The position numbers and the translations under genes were made by a program. DNA of 63,947 nt, counting the filler, from Reticulomyxa filosa (taxonomy: Eukaryota > Protista > Foraminifera), in assembly GCA_000512085.1 (NCBI GenBank). It is 14 parts of 14 records of this genome, joined end to end, with 100 filler letters (N's around TTAATTAATTAA, not from the genome) between each part and the next. Parts side by side here need not be neighbours in the genome. Positions count along the whole stretch, not along the records: positions 51,479 to 55,633 come from ASPP01011634.1; positions 55,734 to 57,779 come from ASPP01002060.1; positions 57,880 to 60,841 come from ASPP01009808.1; positions 60,942 to 63,947 come from ASPP01001414.1; 10 more parts are not named here. One strand, 5' to 3'. Positions within the stretch are counted from its first letter, which is position 1. Every line of letters begins with the position of its first letter. This document shows positions 52,906 to 63,947 of the stretch, piece after piece. A model generated the notes under the pieces. The model was not told where the DNA came from, ran no database searches, and saw only the letters and a list, made by a program, of their open reading frames with translations.

Positions 52906-53371
52906 CATGAACTGCCTACTTTTAACCTTCTTGATGAGGAATTTTGTAGGTGAATTGAAATTGTTTCGAATTAATATTTTTTTGTCAAATGCGCAATCCT
53001 TTGTTGACAATATTTTTGAAAAATTGACTCCTTTCATATCAATTTTTAAAATTATTTTTTACAAGTTGTCATGTTGAACAATTTGTTGTTGCTATCAAAC
53101 CTTAAATTTCAGAGGATACTCATATTAACTTAAGATTTCTTACTTTTAAGTAAAAGCAAATCTTGCATACAAGAATACCAAAGCGCTCACAAAACTTTCA
53201 AATTATTATTGCCCTAAAAAGCAGCCCAAATTTATAGTCTGATTTTTAAATCAAAAAGTGGCGAGTGAAGTAAAAAAAAATCTTTGTAAAAGGAGACCCC
53301 AACATTTTATTGCTGCATCTAATTGGTATTTTTGCTGGGATTTACTGTAACAAAGTGTAAAGAATAAATCA

Positions 53372-53660
53372 ATGAATTCCAAAGCAATTCCGACGAGTTT
53401 TCTGTTGTGGTTGTTCATTGCTTGCCTTTGTTCCTCTACACAAACCGTGGCCGCTGATGCTGGTAATTTTGTTTTATTTTGTCATCTTCTCTAAAACATA
53501 ATTTGTTGAATGTCAACCTTTTTGGATAGGTGATGTCATCGCAGGCCTTTTGGGCGCAACAATTGGTATTGTCGCAATATGCGCTTTTATTGGACGGAGG
53601 TCAGGCACTGTAGAGACCCAGACTACCACAAAATATGAGGAAAAAGACAACTTTGAATAA
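53372..53660 (+). CDS. SMIM30-like micropeptide (73 aa), 2 exons (53372-53462, 53530-53660)
   Basis: Spliced product MNSKAIPTSFLLWLFIACLCSSTQTVAADAGDVIAGLLGATIGIVAICAFIGRRSGTVETQTTTKYEEKDNFE*. The 67-nt GT-AG intron keeps frame. Confidence 0.75.
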
Positions 53661-54139
53661 AAAAAGAATTAAAAGCTCTCTTAAATTGTATTGTCAATCC
53701 GGCAATTGGTTGTTTCCGTGACTTCAAAAAAAAAAATCATGACCAAAACCAACCCCTTTAAATTTATCCAACTAAAAAAAGATGCTACGTTTAGAATATT
53801 TTATGGTTGACTGTATTTTCTTTTGTTTTAAGTACATTTTTCCTTTTTTTAAATTCAACAATTTTGTTTTTCATCTAAGAAATTAATTCAAGAAGCAAAA
53901 AATCGCAAAAAATTTATTCTGTAATGTTGAGCCGAATCGTTGTAAGGAAATTTTAATTGGGATGTAAAAATGATTGTTGATATCATGATTTTTTAAAATA
54001 GCAAAATTGTTGATTTTGAAACCACAAAAGAACAAATGAGAATTTGCATAAAAATACAACTTTGTTGAATGATGTGCAGTGTGATGAACAACACAATTCT
54101 ACATTTGTACAAAAAGAAACAAACTCCACTTAATTCGGA

Positions 54140-55500
54140 CTATGAGGGTGCCAAACAAAGCACAATAACAGAAATATTATCACCAGAACTTTTAGCGGAC
54201 CACTTTGACTCACTGGCTTTCAATAAAGTCCCACCGATAATTTTTTCAGAGTTTTCAATCGAAGAGAAATTCGGATTATTTACCAAATTTTGCACTACCA
54301 TCACCACTTCCTCGTTTGTTCACGACGTTCCATAGACCATCGCTCCCAAGTACGCAAATATACCAACTACCCGATTGCAGCGTTGTTTCGTACGTTTCAG
54401 GACTTGGAATAAGCCCGCATGTATTCAAAGTCAAATGCCCTACCGCCCTGTAAGAGTAATAAAACAATAAACATTATTTCCCGCAAAAAACACCGGCAAA
54501 ATATAAAAAAAGTCAGAAATAAAATGAAAGAGAGCAAAGAATAACTAATACCTTGTCATGTTGATTACCTATGTTACATTAAAAAAAAAAAAAAAATGAA
54601 CACACACAAACACAAGTGTTCGATGCAGAGGACGGATGAAGAGAGCAAACACACCAATCCTTGGTTTTTGGCTTTGTCCAGCGACATGTTTCTGGGATAT
54701 AACTTCATTTCCCCATTTGTTCCCGGGTCCAATCTCCCACCAGCAGATTCCACCCGAGTACGTTCATCCGCCCTAGTAGTGGCATTGTGATCAGCCGTAG
54801 CCTTTAGGATGACCCACCGCTTTTCGTTCACATCATATGTCATCAGAATACCACGACTGTCACCAACTGGTTTTGCGAACATTTTTTTTTTTTTTGATTT
54901 TTTTTTTTTAAAATAAAACAAAAACAAAAAAATGTTCGCAAAACAAACCGTGAGAAAAACAAAAGTTTTTGCCATTGGTCGCACAAACAATTGCAGTGGT
55001 GCCGTAATCAAAGGTACGACTGAAGCTTTGGGAATTACTGGTTTTACTGAGCACTCGATTAAACACGAGCGTTTCATTTTCGGACAAAAAGACTAATTCG
55101 TTATGTACCTGATGAATGGCAGCATCAAAGGCGTCAACAAAAGTGACATGTTTGCCGTTGTTATTTTTCGTGGTTTCTTTTTCATTGTCATTATCTTTAT
55201 CTTTATCTTTGTCTTTGAATTCCTCTTCGTCTTTCTTCTTTTCGTTACTTTCCTCGCTCTCTTTTTCCTTGTTGCTTTCCCTGTCGCTGTCCTTGTCTTT
55301 GTCCCTTGTCGTCAGCGAGTCCGTCACGGACACCGTGGACGCCATGCTTTCTCGTCGCGACGAAAACTCCGGCTGTTCATGATGCAAACTGGACCAGTTC
55401 AACATAAACTGTTGCGGGATCAGCTTGGAGGCCAGTCTCGACGAAGAATGTCCCAAAATGCCGTGTCCATCAAACACTCCCAACACCAGCATGGGGTCCT
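54140..55500 (-). CDS. PP2C/PPM family phosphatase, multi-exon, with a 17-nt microexon and one frameshift near 54320
   Basis: Motifs GVFDGHG, GTTA, VGDSR, DHNA, LGSDGLWN and GDNISVIV; stop at 54140. Confidence 0.9.
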
Positions 55501-55733
55501 AGCATTTTTCAGATTGTATTTTTTTTGTTTTTGTTTTTGTTTTCGTACGTGATTGGTTGGTGTACAAGTGTTGCAACCCGTCATACATTTTTTTTTTATT
55601 TTTTTTTTAGTCAAAAAAAAAAAAAAAAAAAAANNNNNNNNNNNNNNNNNNNNNNNNNNNNNNNNNNNNNNNNNNNNTTAATTAATTAANNNNNNNNNNN
55701 NNNNNNNNNNNNNNNNNNNNNNNNNNNNNNNNN

Positions 55734-56616
55734 ATTACCACCAATCACACCAATGTCATTACTTTTATTAATATGTTTTTATGTTTTGCAGCGGTGAAAT
55801 GTCCACACACCACACAATATTTTCATGTCCATTGAAAACATGTAATGATTTTGATGTTTCAATATCCCATAAACGGATTTTCTTGTCACGTGATCCAGAA
55901 CACAAATATCTACCACCATTAAATGGAGAGAATTCAATGCCATCGACACCACCAGAGTGTCCATTGAATATTTGTAATTGCTTATTATGTTTGAAATCCC
56001 AAAAACGAATGGTTTTGTCAAATGATGAAGAGCAGATAACATTACGAAAACTGCTATGATAATGATAAGGTGAAAATTTCACACAATTCACGACACTTGA
56101 ATGTCCATTGAATGATTGAATTTGTTTAGTGGTATCTATATCCCATACACGAACTGTTTTATCGGATGATCCAGAACAAAGTAACTGATCATCATTGAAT
56201 GTTGAATAATCAATACTCCACACAGCTTTAGTATGTCCAGTGAATGTTTTAAGTAATCTGGATGATGAACGAAATGTATCAAACATAAACACGGTGGTCG
56301 CCTGGATAAATCATAATTATACATCGCAACAACAAATTCATATTTGATTATACTAAACGAAAACAAAAACAAAAAGCATAACATATTTCACAACAAATTT
56401 ATCAAAATCATTGATCCATCCTAATTTTATTTTTAATTTTCGAATCCAATTTGTAAGTACCATTTGGATCTCTTCTTCCTCTGACTAATTCAATCACAAA
56501 GCATACACGGCAATATATAATATAACTTAAAGACAACTAGCCTTCTCAAAGATTTAAATGAAGTTTACAAGTGACTGCTGCATTGAAGTTTGTTTTTCAT
56601 TAGTAAATTCAGTCAT
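55734..56616 (-). CDS. WD40-repeat protein (lineage-expanded family), 3' truncated
   Basis: ATG at 56616, an LGWINDF exon, FMFDTFRSSSRLLKTFTGH, and repeated GH..CSGSxDKT(V/I)RxWD. Confidence 0.9.
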
Positions 56617-57162
56617 TCTTTCAGTATTCTTTTGAGATCGAATCAAACAATGTAATAAAAAATGTTCGAAATTCTTATGTCAAGATCAATGAAGGTACGG
56701 CCAAAGATGCTTTAGAATTATTTCATACAATCGACCGCAAAAAAAAATGACCCCTTTAAAACGAATCACTGTAGCACTGCAATTTTATTCATGAAGTATT
56801 AACATTTTCAAATGATATCTGCAGATTTTGTGAATCTAAAGACGTATTTGGTATTTATTTAAAAAAGGTTGACATTTCATGAATAAAATCGCAAATATTT
56901 ACAGGAATTCATTGCATATAGCAAAAAAAGAAAAATCTGTGAATTCAAAATCAGAAATTTTTTTAAAAACATTTTTCAGTAACGTGTCCGATTAGTCCAA
57001 TGAATTTGTTTTAAAAAGAGTCAACTTTTTTTGAACGAAAGAAGGAAAAAAAAAGGAGTAAAGAAAGGCACAGACCAAACAAACAACAAACCTTTTTTTT
57101 GCTTCTCATTTTTGCTTTTTTTTTTGTGTTGAATAAATAAGTAAATTCCACTTAAAAAAGAA

Positions 57163-57779
57163 ATGGAAGGCATGGAGCTTCTTGAAAAGCAGAAAGAAGG
57201 TCAGCAGAAACTGCCACTAAAAAAAGTGATTTTGTCATATCAGACTATGATGTGGTTAACATTTTTTGGGATGATGTGGAGTGTGATTATTGTAAACCTG
57301 CGCAAAATCCAGAGTTATGGAAAGGTGACAACGTGGGATTGTGTATACGATTGGAGTTATGATGATTGTTGCCGCATTCATTGCAACGGGGAAAAGATAG
57401 TAAAAATGAGTAAGTATTGTACGTATCGGCCAGAGGATTACAAGACAACAAAAGTGGAGTCAATAGATGAGTCACTTTGGGATTTAGCGTTATCAACACC
57501 CTTGTGATGATAGCGTTGACAGTGTATTGGTTTTACAGTATAAAGGAGCAACAGATATTGGAGATAAAAAATTGGAAATATATGTCTGTGTTATGTATGA
57601 TATGTTTAATGCAAGGGATCGGACCATTGCTGTGGGTAAGCAGTGGAGGTCCAAATTGCGTGAACACGATAAAGACTGAGATGAACGATAATAACTTTGA
57701 TTCATTTGGCAGTATCAATGGATTTGGTTCTATGAACTTATTGTGTGTTCGTTGCCATTTCTATTCAAAATATTCGAAT
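57163..57779 (+). CDS. Multi-pass membrane hypothetical protein with Cys-rich loop, frameshift near 57500, truncated
   Basis: Two overlapping ORFs with hydrophobic helices and a Cys-rich loop. Confidence 0.5.
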
Positions 57780-57910
57780 NNNNNNNNNNNNNNNNNNNNN
57801 NNNNNNNNNNNNNNNNNNNNNNNTTAATTAATTAANNNNNNNNNNNNNNNNNNNNNNNNNNNNNNNNNNNNNNNNNNNNAAACTTATTATCTATTTGATT
57901 GGCTGCTTAG

Positions 57911-58168
57911 ATATCGTCGGCTAGTTGTGGCCTACCACATCATGGCAGGCAAACTTAATACAATGGACCAAGACCTGTACTGCTTCCAATTTGTAAGTTG
58001 TAACATAACATTATATATTGAACTTATTTCCTTTCTAACGAAATTTTTTTTTTTTAACAAACGGATAAGTATCCTGTAAATCGTGTGTTCGGAGTATCCC
58101 TTGTGGACAAAGAAGCCTATCGTTTGGATCTCATGAATGACAGAGACAATAAAACATTCGAAAAGTGA
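57911..58168 (+). CDS. 3' end of an unknown gene (two small exons)
   Basis: YRRLVVAYHIMAGKLNTMDQDLYCFQF|YPVNRVFGVSLVDKEAYRLDLMNDRDNKTFEK*, joined across a GTAAGT..AG intron. Confidence 0.4.
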
Positions 58169-60037
58169 TTCATCCGGTCTATGCTCATTTCCTTAAAATG
58201 TCCATGTTGTTAAACCAATTCACTCCTTTGCTCTTACTAACATCCAGATATATACACCGACAGAGTTTGATTTATCAAGGTATGGAAATGTGAACAAAAA
58301 AGAATAGAAAACGATACAACAAAAATACAAAGTACAAAACAACAACAAAAATAATGGTCTTCTGAACAAGTTACAAATTCCTGCCCATTTTTGTTGTTGG
58401 TAGTATACATCTTCAACAATAAAAATTTTTAAAAAGTCATTGATTCCTACTCTTTGATCCTTGCGAAGAAGATTAACCATTTATTTCACACCTCTCTCCC
58501 CCTTTCTTTTTCTTTCTCTTTGTAGTGCTATTGCTGACCACAAATTGATTGGGGGAGAGAAAAAATATAAAAAAACAAATAAAATATGACTGCATTGCAA
58601 TTTCCAAACTCCTTTTATTCCCCATTTTCACTTTTCTTTTTTCTTTTTTGCTTATTGTCATTGACAGCCACTTTCTCTCCTCACTTAAAAAAATTTATTT
58701 TTGGTTTACAAGATGGTTATAGATTGTTCGAATTATTTATTTTAAAAATATTTTAGTGTGAAAAAGGGTTTGGAGTTGATATCATAACACTGATTTCTAA
58801 AACATTTTTAATAATTTCAACACTATAACTCGCTTGTTTTTCGATTAGAATTTCGGGAATACGGTTCCGATCTTGAACAATTTATGTTCGTTCCCACCCT
58901 TTGCACATTTAAATGCTTTTCTAACAGACATTTCCCACAAAATGAATTTGGATCAAAATATTTATTGAATGGGCTTTGTAAGCAATTCAACCGGCTGCTT
59001 TTCTTTTGTGCCAAAGAAAACTTTTGCAAACAACAGTGAAGCAGCAAGTGATTTGAGAAATGCAATTCTCATTTTGTGACATCGGAGAAACAACACCAAT
59101 GGAATACGCGTGGTCCTTGTTAGGTTGGGTCTTCCTTTTCATACTTACTTTTCCAACATTTTGTTTGAAAAGATTAATATTTAATAATTGTTATGTTTTA
59201 AAAATTGTCAGTTACAATGGGACATATTTCAAATTGGCTGCAGTCTCAGCTTCCACTGCAAGGATACCAGTCATCATCCATTACATGAAACATTAAAAAA
59301 GGATGTTGAGTTGTGGTATGAATAAAAAAATCGGATACAAGAAAAAATATAATGAAAAATTCTAGTACCTAGCCTAACAATACGTATATTGGAATGTCAC
59401 GACCATACGTGCTAATCAATTGTACTAACTTGCTGATATTAGATTTTTTTAGACTTTTATGATGCAATAAACATTACCGACGAGAAACGTCATCGTGAGA
59501 ATTTAAAATAAACAGCACATTAAATTTTTTCTATGCGATATTCATTTCGCTTGTGTTTATCGAGAGGTGTTTTTTCGCTGTCAATACAATTTCCAAGGCA
59601 GGTTAATTGCATTTCGTTTTGTAGTTGATGACACAGTCAAAACCTCTTTTATTCTTACTCTTTCATAACACTTGGATTGTTACAATGACACCCGTGTGAT
59701 TTTGACACATTAGTTTGTCCATACCTATTCTAATGATCAACTATCTTCATGTCGAAAAATAGGTAAAATTTAACTTGAAATGCAAGGTGATGCTTTCAAA
59801 TTTTGCGCTACTTACTGTGTAAAATTAGGTCTTTTATTTTGCACACAAAAATCGGCAATTTCATTTTCTGCAGGAAAATGACGGTGTCCTCCTTTTTATC
59901 CCCCTTGTCTCCCTTTTGTGTTTGTTTGGCTTTTATTTTTTTCAAAACATTTTAGCCAAAGGTTGAGGAGTTAGTATGAATTCCTTGAGTAATTTGGATG
60001 GAATTAATTCAATTTTCGGACTAATTGCCAACCATAC

Positions 60038-60841
60038 GTGCACCATGTGGTCCCAAACACAGCGGCGTTGATGTCACCTTTTTTGCTTCCTGCGTATGTC
60101 TCTGGAAATAATAGCTCTGCTCATGGGCGCATGGTCTCATTACCACTATACTGTAATGCAAAGAATATTCAAGCAATAGGCATAGGCTTGAACAAAGCTA
60201 GCCCCTTGGTAGCTTTGCAAATCCCACTGGACCCAGAGCAAAGAAAGCAGCAACATGTACAAGAATTTGAACAAAATTGTCGGTCCATCAATCAATCCTT
60301 AGTATCGGATATTCAACTCATATGTGCCAATAAGGTCGCACCTTATCAAAAAGAGATGGAATGCTTTCAAAAAAAGGCGAAAGAATTACACGAAAACCAA
60401 TTGACTCACCGTAATTGTATCCATTTTTCGACTACTCTGCCGTTTACGTAATTTCCTTTTTTTTTTTGTTCTTCTTCGCTTGAGGAGGTCTGTCTTAAAT
60501 TTTGTGGTTGAAAATAATAAAAAAATGAAATAACAAAACAAAACACAAAATGAAAGTGCCGACACTGAAGGATCGCCGACGCAAGAAAAACAAGACCACA
60601 CCGGCCTGCATTTGCCGGCATTATTGAGAGCATTAACTTCTAATGGCTTGATTGAAATGTCGACACTAGATGAAGTTTCAAAAGTTTTGCACAGTATTTC
60701 TACCAACGCCGATAATGATAAAAGCAGCAGTAGCCATTTCAAAACTGAAGTATATGCTAATGGCACAAGTGAATCCTATCAAGCAAATGTAATTATATAT
60801 AATAGTAATAATCAAAATCAAAATCAAAACCAAAATCAAAA
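60038..60841 (+). CDS. Hypothetical protein, multi-exon, 3' truncated
   Basis: Two GC-richer ORF segments separated by a T-rich/A-rich intron-like stretch. Start uncertain. Confidence 0.45.
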
Positions 60842-62292
60842 NNNNNNNNNNNNNNNNNNNNNNNNNNNNNNNNNNNNNNNNNNNNTTAATTAATTAANNN
60901 NNNNNNNNNNNNNNNNNNNNNNNNNNNNNNNNNNNNNNNNNTCCATAGGCATTCAGCCATGTATGATAAGGGCTTGCCCTACAGGACGTTATAGCAAACT
61001 TTTGCCGATCGATTGGTGAAATTCCGGTGAAATAAAGTTGCTTTGTGACGAAGTTAGACCACGATAAGTGTTTTTACAAATAAAATTTCTATTATAACGA
61101 AGACTTAAGGAAAAACGACTTATCATAAGTGACTATTGAGAATCACAAGGACTTACAGATCGATTTACTAAAATTAAGACACTAATTTATACAATTAAAG
61201 ATATCGAATTTTTTTTAAAATTTTTTTAAATGTTCATCTTACTCGTTATTGTTCATGCTTCAATATATACACACCATCAAACATTAAATACGTTTCTGGA
61301 GGAAAATTTAGTTTGGCAAAAAACTTGCTGAAAACAGGAAACTATAAAAAATATTACATTATTTCGAATTTTGAGCAAGTTTTTTTGTCAAACTAAATTT
61401 TAATTAGCAGATCAATTTTTTTAGTTTTTTTAATCTTATTATTTTCTTTTATAATATTAATTCAATCTTTTTTGTTTCATTAGTAATGTTCTTTTCTTAA
61501 AAAATATAACTTGTCACACATTTTTAATATGCCGATTATGCGAATGACATCTCAGCTTGTCCTAAACAAACACGTTGAAATAATGTCGTCTTTGTGTTGA
61601 CCAACGTCAATATTTTTAATGTCGTTCGTATATTTTGGGTCATATGTTATTTGCTGAATGAATATCGGTAGATTTCGTTGGAAAAAACGTGCTAGCTTTG
61701 CTTGCTTTGATTCTGTTTGATATAATGTTAATATCTGCTGCTCTTTTTCTCGTACCCCAAGAGACCAAGCCTTTTGTTTTTTTAAAAATGGCTACAAAGA
61801 AGCGAGAGAAGAAAATAAATACCTTTTGTTTGCTTGACATCATCCACAATATCCTATCTATTCCGCGATCTGAGCTTTAAGTCTTTTTTCACAGTACACA
61901 TGGAAGTGTGCTGCAGTTATTGGAAAATGATACAATATTTCATTAAAATTACAATTTAGACAGTGAACGAAAATATCATTTGTACTGAGTTTTGAAAAGC
62001 TTCCAAACATAAAAAGGAAGTTTGTATATAGTTGTTTGTTTTTAAAAAAGACAAAATAGAGTATTAAGGATACAGCAAAGGCAGCACTAAAAGTGAACAT
62101 CTCATTTCAGTCAAGTATTTGTGTAGTGGTTGAACTAATCAATAATGGTTTAATAGTGTAAAGAGCCGTTGCGAATTGAATTTGCAAGTGAAGCAAAAAA
62201 ACTCTGGATTTCGCCTGCTTTCATGTAAGAAAGACAGAAAAAAAAATTAAAAAAAAGGAACCAGAAGACAAAGCAAAGCAAGTTCCATCAGA

Positions 62293-63947
62293 TTACGACA
62301 TGGACACATGGTAACCACTCGGTCCAGTTTGGCGAAACTCAGTTTGTTTTGGGATTTCTCCAAAGTACATTCTGGATTCATGCAGCAAGTAAAGTGTGTG
62401 TTTGGACTGGAAATCGACATTGTCAGGCATTGGCCATGGAATAATGTCACTCGCCGTCCAATTGCACTTACACCACACCTGAGCCCCAAAGTGGCTCCAC
62501 GACTTTCCTTCTGTGTGCCACCATTGTTTGCCAAGTTCGTAATCCGGTGGGAACCACGCTCTGCCCATGTGGATCATTGCAATGGAATTTTCCCGCTCTT
62601 TCGATTCGGGACGCTCACTTACATCGCGCAATTGAATCCCCCAAACCACTTCATGTTTGATTCCGACATGCGCCGCTGCAAAAATATATCCAAACATTTC
62701 CGTTCCCCATCCCATTTGGATATCCTTTTTTTTTTTTTATGCGTACATGTAAGAGATGCATGCATGTTGCATGTAATATTGTTTGAAGCATGTGTGGGGG
62801 GGGGGGGGGAGGGGAGAGAAAAAAGATTACCGAATATTTTCTTTCAAAATCGGGATCTTGTTCTTCTTTTTCTTTCATGATCATAATGTACTTACGAAAC
62901 CACGGGGCAATCTTTTGCAGATCACGACGATGGACCAAGTAGGGTACCCCCACCAAATCCAGCGGCCAATCGCAATTTCGGAGACAGACTTCATGCCAAA
63001 GATTGGTGACAGATTCACTTCCGTGGAACCACGCAGCTTCGCCAAGGGCGTGTCCCGGAGTAACTTGCTCCACCCATCGCGATATGTCATTGATGAGCCA
63101 GTTGTCGGGATCGATCACAACGATGACCTCCTCTTGTGGTTCATTCAATGGAGATTGGAAGAGCTTGAAAATGCTGTCGGCTTTGTTCACCGGTCCATAG
63201 CGTTTCGAATAAGGGTAGCGCTTCGCTTGGAACGTGGGAACGTACTCGGACAAATCATCGCGTTTCCGCCCTGTCAGCAATCGTTCAAACCGTGCATTGG
63301 AGTGTTGGCCACTTGTCAAAAAACCCATAATAATTTGCTTGAGTCTGATATCCCATATATTCACTACTCTCTGCACTATAAACTAAAATATTTACATGTA
63401 TGTTATATATTTATATAAATTTTTTTTTTTTTTTTCCCCTTTTTTTTTGTTAAACTAATGCGAAATGTTTTCATGTTTTTCTTTGAGTGGGTTCGCTTGC
63501 TGAGATGAGGCTGTAATAACGGCAGCTGGTCCGATGGAATCGGGTCCGGCTGTGGCTGTTTGACGGTGACGAGCGAGTCCTCGACAACGGTAATGCGCGC
63601 AGTAAATGGCCAATCCCAGAGACGCACACAGTCGTCAAAGGAAAATACCGTGGCAAAGTAGGCTGCGTCATCGCTCATATCGCAACTCTCAAACAAGTCC
63701 AACTCCGCGTAGTTAGTGCTGGTTATTATTTTTATCGATTTCAAATTTTGATTGCTCACTTTGCCAAATGACGATGCCCATTGCAAATCGCTTGTGCACA
63801 CACTCGAATCGCCATCGGAACTTAGTTCGAGGGTTATGTACGAATCTTCTTCTGTCTCGTCACAAGTTGGATTATTGTATATGCGAAATGACGCTGCATG
63901 CATTTTCATCGTTTTATCTTCTTTTTCCTCTTCTTCTTCTTCTTCTT
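62293..63947 (-). CDS. HPAT / peptidyl-serine galactosyltransferase (SERGT)-like glycosyltransferase, multi-exon, 5' truncated
   Basis: SAESSEYMGYQ, RLLT, YGPVNK, IVVIDPD (DxD), GVPYLVH..DL..IAP and GWGTEMFGYIFAAA motifs. One homopolymer frameshift near 63320. Confidence 0.75.

Larger units (their letters stand above)
2428..60941. other. 13 artificial contig linkers N44-TTAATTAATTAA-N44 starting at 2428, 6758, 16114, 25684, 37544, 38709, 43082, 45186, 46677, 51379, 55634, 57780, 60842 (each 100 bp)
   Basis: Identical 100-bp structure each time, a 12-mer giving stops in all six frames, and genes truncated at the linkers. Confidence 0.98.

Noticed and set aside
2428-60941. Recurring TTAATTAATTAA flanked by Ns as a biological repeat or CRISPR-like array
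   Set aside because: Fixed 100-bp artificial linkers with six-frame stops. Gene adjacency across them is meaningless.
29750-63325. Programmed ribosomal frameshifting in host genes (7TM-RGS ~29755, Kelch-WD40 ~33310/34960, PP2C ~54320, GT ~63320)
   Set aside because: The shifts are mostly in short homopolymers with no shared slippery motif, which is typical of pyrosequencing-type errors or pseudogenisation.
1-63947. Alternative genetic code (stop-codon reassignment)
   Set aside because: Conserved exons are open in the standard code, and TAA, TAG and TGA all terminate genes at expected C-termini.
1-63947. tRNA/rRNA genes or telomeric arrays
   Set aside because: No recognisable cloverleaf, rRNA signature or tandem telomere repeat was seen by eye. 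tRNAscan-SE/Infernal would be needed to exclude them.

Overview
This window is not contiguous DNA. It consists of 14 short contigs joined by 13 artificial 100-bp linkers (N44-TTAATTAATTAA-N44). Thirteen contigs are AT-rich eukaryotic DNA with short GT-AG introns rich in homopolymers and microsatellites. The Kelch/WD40 families (LGWINDF, FMFDTFRSSS motifs) and the intron style suggest a foraminiferan such as Reticulomyxa filosa (inference, no database search). Recognisable eukaryotic genes: MCCase beta, a mucolipin-like channel, a RanBP2-ZnF protein, a large coiled-coil protein, AMP deaminase, a ZZ-like/UBA protein, a COPI-associated+EF-hand protein, a PKG-like kinase, a SAM protein, a 7TM-RGS, a GT71 mannosyltransferase, Kelch-WD40, a divergent actin, a USP tail, a polycystin-1-like protein, a second RGS protein, a pectin acetylesterase/Notum-like esterase, acylphosphatase, PP2C, WD40 and an HPAT/SERGT-like glycosyltransferase. 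One contig (45286-46676) is bacterial and carries IS3 ends and a HigB2/HigA2-type toxin-antitoxin operon. Best leads: (1) a spliced 73-aa SMIM30-like micropeptide missing from the ORF track; (2) AMP deaminase spliced in frame to a ~240-aa tail ending in a membrane anchor; (3) introns with A-tracts instead of polypyrimidine tracts at the 3' splice site; (4) a leaderless HigBA operon with a split antitoxin; (5) a PKG-like kinase with degenerate cNMP pockets; (6) a dispersed Tc1/mariner TIR family. Several single-base frameshifts lie in homopolymers and are probably sequencing errors.
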